From: Convolutriloba macropyga
Lineage: Eukaryota
Reading direction: 5' to 3'
Assembly: GCF_964194025.1 (NCBI RefSeq)
Contig: NC_134473.1
Span: 74,648,001 to 74,712,000, forward strand
Length of the DNA stretch: 64,000 nucleotides
Within the stretch, counting starts at the first letter, position 1. Every line of letters starts with the position of its first letter. The position numbers and the translations under genes are program-made. This document shows, in pieces, positions 39,101-50,200 of the stretch. The notes beneath the pieces were generated by a model. That model was not told the DNA's origin. It made no database searches and saw only the letters and a program-made list of their open reading frames with translations.

Positions 39101-42100
39101 GACAGACGTTTACAATAATTGCTTCAAATTTCAAGTAAGAATTTAAGTCTGTTTCTAAGTAAAAATTGTACCAACTAATGGTATGGTGATTCCTGTCAAA
39201 CTTCGGATCCATTTTCATAATGGGGAGAACAGGTTTCCAAAGAAAACTAGTTTTTTTATGCAAAAAAAGTTAAACCTCATTTTAAAAAAATATATTTGAC
39301 CTCTTGGAAGAATTTTGGCGATGTTTTCAGTAGATTTCTGCTCAAGTATGTGTGCATTCATACTTTTAAGGATAATATAGTGAGACCGAAAACGAGGCCT
39401 TTTCATGAGCTGATTTTATTGATATTCGCATAAATGACTCATCGTGCTATGATATCCTGGTTAGCCTACAAAAAGCATTTTTTTCCTCATAATCACAGAT
39501 TTGTCATAAATGATTTCCTGTTAGTAATATTAGTCTCATAAGTATTAGATTTCCATGATCTTCAATTATTCATGCAAGGATCATAAATGATCTCTCGGTA
39601 ATCGTACAAGATTTTCATGCCATCATATATGCTCCTTGTATGCTTACTCACAAGTGGCAACCCGAGATCAGTTGAAGATAAGCTCCCGATTCATCGATTT
39701 GACGGAATAGGACACACAATGCCACAAGTCAAGTCGAATGCGCCGACAACTCTATGTTGATGTGAAAATATTTGATCAATGAACCTCTTTGATTGTTGAA
39801 AAAGCACTCGCCAAAAAAACTTTCAAGACCAATTAGTCGGCCAATCTAGTCACGAGGGCATTGTAAACAACACTTACACCCATTTGTTATATATTGACAC
39901 ATTATATTTTGTAAAAGGGGCAAGAGGTAATGGGGAGGGGCAATCTCCGAGAAGATTCGTCAATTTCAACGATTGATTGGCCAGAATTGCTAAAAGAGTA
40001 CATAAATCTGACCTTTCTCTTCCGTGACCAGGGGTGAGCCCATCGCTGAGAGGACGCAACCTGTACATCCTGGTGTATGATCCAAATGTCAACTGAGAGG
40101 TCTCAAAACGAGGCACAACCACTTTGAACAGTTTATGAATCAATGCCTTCTCATTAATGTAGTAGTCTGCTAACTTCATGGCTTCAGGATCCTGGAAAAA
40201 GAGACGACACTTGCATAAAAGTTATGATAGGAATGCCTTTCTCGATACTAAACGTTGGCAAATTTGTTGAAAAAATCTGTTGCTGCAGACTGTGATATTA
40301 AGTAAATTTCTTGCCAAAAAGTTCAGAAGCTTCTCAAACCCTAGAAAAATAAACCCTGTCACAATTGGCTTAAAACCTGGAAATTTCGATAAATTTTAAT
40401 TACATTAATAGTCTATCTAAAAGCTCATTCATCTCTTATGGAGCATGTCGGTATATAAAAATTACAAGCATGAAAGAGTTAGGCACTTACCGTGCGGAAA
40501 CTGGTGGTATATTTCAATATATAAGCAAAATCATTAAATAGACAACTAAAATACAGTACACGACTATTTGAATTCACTCCAGCATTTTTACTTAATAATA
40601 AATTGTTTACGGATTACGAATGATACAAAAGGGCATTTACATAATTTATTTTTTTTCAAATGTCACATGCGCTCCGAAAGGACACCATTGACCTCTATGG
40701 ATCGTTTTCAGGTGCCTTTGTGAGGAAGATAAACAAAAAGAGTTTGTTGGGTTAATGCAGGGAAAATGACTTAGTATGTGTCTTAAAAAAAACTTCACAT
40801 AAAACCAAAGCCCAACTCTTGGAGTTAAACGGCAGTATACAGCTTACAAATATTGATGGCTCCAATCAGCCAAAAATATAGTTTTTTACACTAGTACCTT
40901 TGGACCATAAAGTGCAGCAGTGTGTATGATCCTCTCAAGGTACTGTCTGACCTCTTGACCTCTATTCAAATGCATTTCCACCCTCTCCCACTTGATAAGG
41001 TTAGTTACGTCATCCTGCAGCTTACTCATACGCGTGTAAGGTCCACCCAGTCCCTCTTTACGATCTGAAAGCAATGTCAATATTCAATCAAGCTCCACAT
41101 TTATTTCCACAGTAATTGAAACAATGCATTTTGAATCATTGATGTTATTTCGAATAAATTAAAAAAAAAATTAGTGATAAATCATCGCGGTTATCAAAGA
41201 TAATTCAATTTTTTCGAATGAACCAACAAATTGACGTTCGATCAGAAAACGTTTTATATTTTGCTGGTGCGTAGTGAGCAATAAGGAAAAAAACATATTT
41301 TTGATTCAATTCTACTCACTGGGGGGGGGGGACTATATCCGATCGATATTTCTCAAGCAGAACGATAAGAGATGGTGTCAGTAGGAATGCTCATCGAGAG
41401 TTTAATTAGTGAATTTTTACATTTGGTTTCTTAGGAGTTATCAAGGAGCAAATTTCTGATATCTATCGTTTGATTACCGGAAGTTCGATCATTCTAATGT
41501 CAATTTCAGTCAAATTTTGATTATTTTTTCAAAAATTTATTCTATTTTGCTGTTATCCATTTTATCAGTCATTTTATACTACTGGATACTCAAAAAAATA
41601 ATATTGGAGCTTAATATCAGGCGCCAGAATTCAGGATTTAGGAACGAATAATAACCAGTAACAGCCGAATCGTTACTGAAGACTAAAAATTTTTACAAAA
41701 TTTTGCTTCGAGGCCGCCCAGCTCTGCTTTTCTTTTCACAGAAAATCCTTGAGTGCAATGGTTTAAACAATGTCAGTTGAATTTTAAGATAACAAATTTC
41801 TTTTTTTTGAAATACGGTCACAAATAGTCTATATAAAAACTGCCATCAATATTCATTAAAAATTCTTAAAGTGTGTCAATGATTTTTTTACAAGCTCATT
41901 AATTTTTTGAGTTGATTTTATCTCATTTTCGCCCAGTGGTTGATAATGATTATTTGCAATTCATATCCAAGCACGCACAAAAACATACCGAGTTGAGAGC
42001 AAAACTGACTACGGTTGGCTAGGAGTATAACAAATATTGAGATAAGGGGGCAACGACTCAAAGGCAACGAATTACGTCCACAAGCAGCAGCACCCATAAG

Positions 42101-42587
42101 AAAAAGTAGCTCAATTTAAATCTAAGCTTAACCTAAATTACATACATGCTTCGGATTTTAAACCTAAACGAAGCTTATATTCCAACAGGATTCGCAAGTT
42201 CCGTTGTTTGGAAGGCGCAGACAGCGAAACCATCTTTTTTGGATCTTTTCCGTTTGACCCCCCCCCCCCCCCCCCACAGCTTAGTGGGCGCATATTATTT
42301 GCAACCCCCTAACGCACGTGCCATATTTTTACATAATGATTTACTATGTAATGACAAGTGCTCTGTAACTGGGGGGCACAAACGGAAAAGATCCTTTTTT
42401 TGTACTAGTGATTACACTAACTCTGTGTTCTCTCATCCATTATTCTGAACCCTCGGTGTGGATTTACAAACCCGTCTCTGCTCTCCTTGTGGAGTGGGGG
42501 AACATATCCAGGCCTCTTAGCCACATAGGGCGTGAACTTCCACCTGGGCATCGGATACCTGTGCTTCCTGTGAGAAATTGGAGCCAT
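36165..42587 (-). CDS. MRPL17: Mitochondrial large ribosomal subunit protein bL17m; exons 42587-42422, 41064-40898, 40191-40013, 36408-36165 (251 aa)
   Basis: Phase-consistent GT-AG splicing (756 nt): ...RKEGLGGPYTRMSKLQDDVTNLIKWERVEM..EVRQYLERII..YGPK/DPEAMKLADYYINEKALIHKLFKVVVPRF..SYTRM..GRER/CVLEIVGHPFPQM..NLLNVLLGRLR; L17 motifs recognised. Confidence 0.92.
42241..42394. mobile_element. MITE, 154 bp, in MRPL17 intron 1
   Basis: Perfect 16-bp TIR ggatcttttccgtttg / caaacggaaaagatcc, C-run plus cagcttagtg, T-run flanks. Confidence 0.85.
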
Positions 42588-43704
42588 AATTACAAAACAA
42601 CACAACTAAATCTGAAATAGCAAGTTATCAGTTTGCTTTCACACTACGCAACAATTCACCTCACAATCATTTTAAGTAATGCAGCTTTCAGTATAGATTA
42701 CGTGTCTCTGACGAAGTCACTCACAAAATCAGACCGAAACTGCGAAACGCACAGCAGGTAAACAAGAATTTGGAAGTAACGGGGTCGCAGTCACGTAACA
42801 TTGCTCGCAAATGAAACACGCATCAGCCAGTTTAAAAATCTGGCACTGTTTTAGAATTTGTCATTGTATATAGGAAAATCTGGCGTTGTAGAATCTAGCG
42901 CCGAAGAGCCCCCGAAATTTAAAACTTGATCATGCACATGGGTTACACAATTTCCACTGTTTCCGAAAACGCGGCCTCCTAGCAAGTTACTTTGCTTCCC
43001 TAAAACGTTCTAGTTATAGATAATGCAACAATGATTTTCATTGATGAACGAATTAACGAATATCTTAATGCCCTTTAAAGTTTTATTTGCCCATAAAGAT
43101 CGAATAGTTTAAAAAATGCCAGTTTTTGAAAAAAAGTATTCAAAAAACTGCAAATATTATTAAAAAGTTGTTAAACTCGTGATAATATCCTCGTAACCAA
43201 TTACTTGTCTCTGCCGACTATCGAGTTACCCATTTTACTGAAAAAATACAACAAAATTACGCAAAAACTTGAAACTATTCCGTAACCCAACATCAAGCCA
43301 TAAAAAGGTTTCATTAACCCCCAAAAATTTTTGCAAAATTAAAAAAAATGCATATATACCATCATTTTGGGTATTTAAGTTTGTACCACCAAAACATATT
43401 GCAGAAAAAAAACAGAAAAAGTCATGGCTTTTAAAAGAACTTTAATAACTTTGAAAAGCGTTATCTCTATATCGCATAATTGATCCATTTTTGGCGCAAA
43501 AACTACAAAACAAAAATCCTTTTAACCTTGAATTTAGGCCTTCACAGGAGTTTCAACACTCGAAGCACTTGAAAGACTAGTAAAACCATTCTAGGGCTTC
43601 TAACGAAACTTAATGCCCGCTGAGCGCTACCTGTTTATCCCGTTTTTGAAAGCTCAAAGTCATAAAAAAATGTGCGTGAAAACATCTTACAAAAGAAAAC
43701 TAGG

Positions 43705-46120
43705 AGGACAAGTCTTGATTTACAATCCAAAGAATTAAATTAATTACGAACCTAAAAATTTACATTTTAACAGCAAGATCAAAATCAGAAAGACAACGCC
43801 CCTCACCCTATATGCGCAGAAACGCACAAAATCAAAATAATTAAAGACTTAATGCTTTAACAATCCCAAAAAATAGCAAAACTTTGACTATGTATCTTAG
43901 AACGAGTACACAAAAAAAACGACAGTATGGAAAACACTGAAAGAAAAAGGCAAAGAAATTGGCAATAATCAATCTCTGCCGGTGGCGTCAAGATAACAGA
44001 ACCTCAAAACCATTGGCCAATATCCGTACACGCAACCTATTATAAAACTTTAGAAGTCCTAAAATATCTTCTAGTAGTTCTCAATAAGAATTTTTGGGTT
44101 AGACACAACAAGAAGACCACAATAGAAATAGAACAAACAAAATTAAACAAATTTTTTTTTTGAAAAGTAAGTACGCAGAAAAAACGACCTCTATGAACTC
44201 GAGCGACTGAATATCTCCAGCTATTCCTCAGCAGCAACCGACGAAACCTGTCTTTATTGATGCTAGCTGATAAAAAAGAATTCAGACCAAATTCCGCAAA
44301 AAAAATTTAGCCATTTTTTTAGAAAAAAAAACAAATATTAAGTCACGGAAAGCAACAGCTACGTACTGAAACATTTGATTCCATCAAATTTATCAACAGA
44401 AGCAGCCAATGAGATCTGTCATTAAAGGCATTAGGTGATAAGAAAGAAATAAGTACAACATACACTAGCAGAACTCAAAATTACTTATGTTTCTTGGAAA
44501 CTAGCAAAACGTATAAGAAAAAAAAACAACTATCAGCATTCTTGGAAACCAACAACGCATCAGGAAAAACTTTAACTGAAACACTTAACTCGATTAATTT
44601 AGGCATTCTTAGCAACAGATAAGACTTGTCATTAAGGCGCCTAAGAGATCAAACAAATGTGGACATACGGTAGCAAAACTTAAAAACCTGATAAGGGTTC
44701 CTGAAAAACAATTCGTGTCAAAGTTACAGAAAGCACTTCCTTTGAACTGAAACAACAATATCCCTTGAAATAAACCTTATTAGCATTTTTAAGAGATCCA
44801 CCCTTAATGATATTAAATGATAACACCCAAAAGCACAACAAATGCTCCCAAAAGTTTAAAAAACAACAAAAATTTATGAGAAACAATAGTGTCAAAGTCA
44901 GTGCAACCTCTAGTCATGAAATCGAACTATTAATTAGATTAGTTTAAACCTCATTAGTAACCAATGAGATCAGTTAAAAAGATACTAAGTGATAAGACGA
45001 AAAAAATATTAATGAAAAACGGGCAAAAATCAAATGTAGACTGATATTTTATGACAATAAATAGTTTCAAAGTCCTAAAAAGCTTTAACTACGCGCTGAT
45101 TAATGTAAGTATTTACAAGTACGCAGAATTAGAACACAAATGTATTGTTAAATAGTACTGAAAACCAGAAAACTGAAAATAGACGTTAAATTGCCCCTGG
45201 CGAAAAATATTTGATTTCAAAACCCAAAAATTTGTTCAATTACCGATTTCTCTATCAACTTTAAAGGTATTTTGGAAAAAACACGCCTCAAACGTACTCA
45301 CTTCTTCGCTCCCTTCATTAATCATGTGTGATTAAAATCACCACTCTCAATTTGAATTCTCACTGACGTGAAAAATCCGGACAAATCATAAAACATAGCC
45401 GCAAGAATTCGCATAAAGACTCGAAAATGTCTTGGGCGAAAAGCAACCTGTCGAATATCTAGTTATTGCAGTGAACATCAAAAGAGAGGAAAGACATCAT
45501 TAAAAAAGAAAAATTTAACTAAAAAGTATTTTTAAGTAATTACAAGTACAAATACAAAAGGAAAACAAAATTTCAAGTTATGGAGACGTCTTAATTGCTA
45601 ACAGTTGGAAATTAAGAAAAATTTCACAATTTATTGTCAAAATTGAATAAAAAAATTGCTTGGTACCAAAGAAACTTATTTAATTTGTAATAGAAACTTC
45701 CCACGAGCATTAAGCTTACATTCAGTTACAAGTTAAAGCAAAACAATACAATAATGGGCCCACAACTGCTAAAACATCCGTAAAACTGGAGAATTAGTTG
45801 AAAAACCTTTAAACTCTTGAAAGAGCCGCAAGTGAACAAAACAAATTGCTCGGTTAGCGAAAAATTTTTTACAACTACATTTCTCTCTACGTTTCAGAAG
45901 AAGGCCTGAACAAAATAACTATTATCTCTTCTCCGCTCTTCAAATTTGTTCGCTGAAACAGTTTGTTCAAACTTTAATCACTCCCTGAACTTCCGGATTT
46001 CTTCCTCGCTCACTTATTTAAAAAAAACATAAAATTTAAGAAAACAGCACATCATTACAATCAAAATCCTTTGGATTTTAAAAAGACAGAGCACCAATAC
46101 AATTAAATTCTTGGATTGTA
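43705..46120 (-). mobile_element. Long (~2.4 kb) HINE-like family 1 derivative
   Basis: aggacaagtctt stem-loop plus tacaatccaaag at 43705-43732; terminal palindrome ending ttggattgta at 46098-46120; both ends share the same variant base. Confidence 0.5.
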
Positions 46121-46994
46121 AAAAATTCAAATTGTCACACATGAATAAAACAAATCTCTCGAATAATAAGATATCATTCAAACAAACCACGTTTTCTCAC
46201 TACTTTGCGGGCAAATTTCTGCTTTAAATTACCAAAATCACACGGTTCACGTCTTGTTTTCATATGCATTTCACATTGATTGCTGTTTCCGTTTGACCAA
46301 AATAAGAACTCATAACAAAATTTCTGCTGAATTGCGTGCACAAAATGTCAGAGTAGTAATCCAAAAAGTAATCCTCAATCTTAACCGATTCTTTGAGCAA
46401 GAACTTTGGCAAAAATTGGCGAATACCAATTGAAAAATATCGAAGGCGGATCTCAATCTCCCTGAAAATATAATGAAATCAATTGTTAATCTCCTTAATT
46501 TTAAGCGTATCTTTGTAGCCAAATAGCTCTAGGGAAAACAACTAACAACGTTAAAAATTTAGATGAGAACTATTTTTCAATGAAAATGAATTTTCTTGTA
46601 TTAAAACGAATGGCTTCGAACTACGCGTTCATCGTCAGGTTAAGTTAAAATTCAATTACAGTTAAATAAAATGATTTAAAAAGTAATTACATAGTCCCCG
46701 ATAGTTTAGACAACTAAAAAGTTTACGCGTTCGCTGTTCCTCCCCTTCAGTTTTGTCTGGGTAGAACCCAGAACCGCTCCCGCTTTATAACCCAGCCCCG
46801 ACTTCAGCTTGTCGAGTTTTTTCAGTTGTAAATCGCGCAGTTTATCAAGTATATTATTAACTTAACAGGTAAAAGTTGTAGACCTTTTGAACACCTGGGA
46901 GGCCTATAATTGGTTGATCATAATATAATTAGTGTACACTTTTCACAGCCTTTTAGATTCTTGATCAGTGGCAACCTCAATCAAGATCCATTCA

Positions 46995-47064
46995 CTCATT
47001 TTTATCAGATTTCTCATTTTTATCAGATTTCTCATTTTTATCAGATTTCTCATTTTTATCAGAT
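46995..47064 (+). repeat. 18-bp tandem repeat, ~4 copies (ctcatttttatcagattt)
   Basis: Direct inspection; lies 150 bp downstream of the NIPSNAP stop. Confidence 0.97.
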
Positions 47065-47214
47065 AACTGTGAAACCAGTTACAGGCAATACGGGCAGAAT
47101 TAGTTTTGTACCTTCTAAATATAAAAATACTACGAAAAATAAATATATTTCTGCTCATGAAAACGATAACTCAATTCGTGTACTTCAGCCTTCAGTTGTT
47201 CATCCGTTTAAATG

Positions 47215-50200
47215 CTATTGCATGGGTGAAACAGGCAAGGGATAAATAAGGCTGGAACTAGACTTGGACTCATGCAACACTTTCTCATTGTCAGCCAGAA
47301 GTTGGTAGCCAGCATCCACGTCACTGCAGTTCAACACTGCATAGACAGCCCCTACTGGATCGCCTACCACTACCTAACCAAACATCTAATATTTGTAAAA
47401 AAAATTATGGGAATATCAATAAAATGGTTGTCACATTGAAAATCGCTCGTTTTTTTCGATTTAATTTCCTGGATAATAGTTTTAAAAAACCCTAAATCCT
47501 GTTTCGACATTCACGCAGAAGCATGTCAACTATTTCTACAAATACTGCTTCAAAAAAAATATACAAGCAGATGATTGTTACCAATTGCAGCCGATCTGAT
47601 TCGAAAAAAGTATCAGAAAAACTTTTTGTATCGACGGGTAGTACAATAAAGTTTTACCTTGAATTTAGCCAAAATAGCAACTGATTCAGCAGAGTTTTCT
47701 GGAATGCAGAAGTTGTCCAGAAAAACGTTGCCAGCATTTTGTGAATAAATGTAGTAGTAGAAACCAGGTTTGAAGACAGGCTCGTCAGGTACTCGTCCTA
47801 TATTCTACACAACTCACAGAGATAGAGATTTATAGTGTTTGTTCAGAATGTTTCCAACTCTCAGTTTAAAATCAAAAAGTCAAGAATCTATACTCAAGAG
47901 TTAGGGCATTTACGTTTGGCACTACTTGGATGCACACTATTGATCTTTAACTAGTAAATGTTCATAAAATTTCGTGAAATAGTAAAAGTTCATAAAATAG
48001 TAAGATCGTTACGTGATCTCAGAAGTCATTTTTAGCGGGGTAAGTCACGCACCTTACCTAAAAGCAGAAAAAATGACGTCATGTGCACATCTTTTAACAG
48101 CAAAGCAGTAGAGGTCACTAAAAGTCACTAAAATTCCAAGAAGTCACGTCGTAAGAATCATCGATGGAGACGACGAATTAAAAAACATAGCAGGACAAGT
48201 CCTGACGTACAATTCAAAGAATTTTCATTAACTAAACAAAAAAAACTAGACCTAGAATGGAATATCAGTGAATTGAGAAAACCATTTAAAAAATCAGATA
48301 AAAAAAAAACAAAAAAAAACAAAAAATCAATGTCAAAATGCCGCATGTGAACAAAAAAAACTACTGTCGAGAAATTAAAATTTAATTCAAACAAAAAACT
48401 AGGCCTAGAAAGAGCTGTGAATGGATTGGGAAAACCATTTAGAAAAAAATCCGATCCAAAAAATCGAAAACACCGTAAAAATCAGAGTGAAATTGCCGCA
48501 TGTGAACAAAAAATCACTACCGAGAAACCGAATTTTTGTTCAAACACCGTTTTCTCACTCTACTTTAAAATTAGAGCGAAAAAAATTCACGCCGCAAAAC
48601 CACTCGCTTTTTCGCTCCACTTCCTGTTTCGGCGTGGCCAAAATCACTACTCCAATTTGACTTCAAAAATCATGAAAATGTGTGAACAGATCTTAAAAAA
48701 AAAAAGACAGCGCCCCAATACAATTCAAATTCTTTGAATTGTAAAAAACAGGACAAGTCCTGAAACACAATCCTAAGAATTAAATGAAAAACTTAGAAGT
48801 ACTCTACCTGACCAGCAGATCAATTAAACAAAGCCAGCCAAAACACAAACAAACTCATCTCAAAAAGTTTAGAAACTAAAACAAACAAACCGAACAAAAA
48901 TATACTCATTGCTAAAACTCTTGAAGCTTATACCCCGAAGGCAAAATTTGATCCCTTTGATGCCTATTTCAAAAAAATGTACAACACCAACTCTTGTCTC
49001 TGAAATCGGTCCAGTGTTATATCTGCAAGACCTAAAAAATATCCATTGGCCCTTGAAGATCGATTAATTCACAAAATGACAGAATATAAAAAAAATTGAA
49101 ATCAAATAGAAAATTTTAATAATGTTGCCGAAAGTCGTGATATTCATATCTTCAGAAAAATTTCTGCGTCTCTAGAGGATATTCAGTAACCCAACTGCAA
49201 GCCTAAAAAATCCATTGGCTCAAAGATCGATAAACTAGGTAAAAAACAAAAATTTTCAGAAAAAAATTCAAATTTTATCAAAAATAGAACTCCATTCTAT
49301 TAAAATATTGAAAACCACTACATTACGCTTAGCAACTATTTAAAAACATACTATTAAACCCAGGAGGACGCTACCTGGCTAAACTAAACAAATGTTTACA
49401 AAAAATTTTGAAAATTGCGGATTTCATCAAAAAAAAAACTTCAAATTCAAAATGTTTAATTGCTGGATACAAATCCATTGATACTAAAAACCATGCAGTA
49501 ACTCTTTATGAGACCATGGATTAGGATTTCTGGTCCTTAAGACTAGACAAAAATTGACAATTTTATGAAAAAATGAAAAAATTACATATTTTATCAAAAA
49601 AGCTAAAATTCGAGACATTAAAATGCTGAAAACCATTCCATAATACTAAAAACTATGCAATGACCTATAATCAAACCCTAAAGGAGATTTCCTTGCCCAT
49701 GAAGCTGGAAAAACTCAGAATGACAAAAAATTTTCGAAGAACTTAAAAAAAATTAGTATCACTTTGCGTGTTTGTGTTTGTAGTACCAAAACAAAAATCT
49801 CATAAAATGGTCATAACAAATCATTTTGGCTCACTGCAGACCTGCATCAACTTGTAAAAAGTTCAACCTAAGACTAATCAAACAGAGAAGTCAAAAAATC
49901 ACAGAAAAAAACCAGTTTGAGCTCAAAAACTCCTATAAATGACCATTTAACCTTGAATTAAGGCCATCCCGGCAGTTGCACCACTCTAAGCACTTGAAGG
50001 GCTGCTAAAGCCCACTTTGGGCCTCTAATGAAACTTAATGCCCGCAGGGCTTTACCTGTTTATCTCGTTTTGAAAGATGAAACACATTTAAAAATATGTG
50101 AAAACATCTTAAAAAGACAGCGCTCCAATACAATTCAAATTCTTTGAATTGTAAAAAACCACGATTTACTCAACAATAGCCGCTATCGCTTCGCGGCTAT

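Noticed and set aside
46910-47245. ORFs with HFYQIS / IKMRNL repeats; possible CRISPR-like array
   Set aside because: Simple 18-bp tandem repeat with no spacers, in eukaryotic context.
22240-48743. Inverted copies at 22.2 kb and 48.2-48.7 kb as the TIRs of one 26-kb transposon
   Set aside because: Each copy has its own complete ends, further copies exist, and the copies lie in introns of different host genes.
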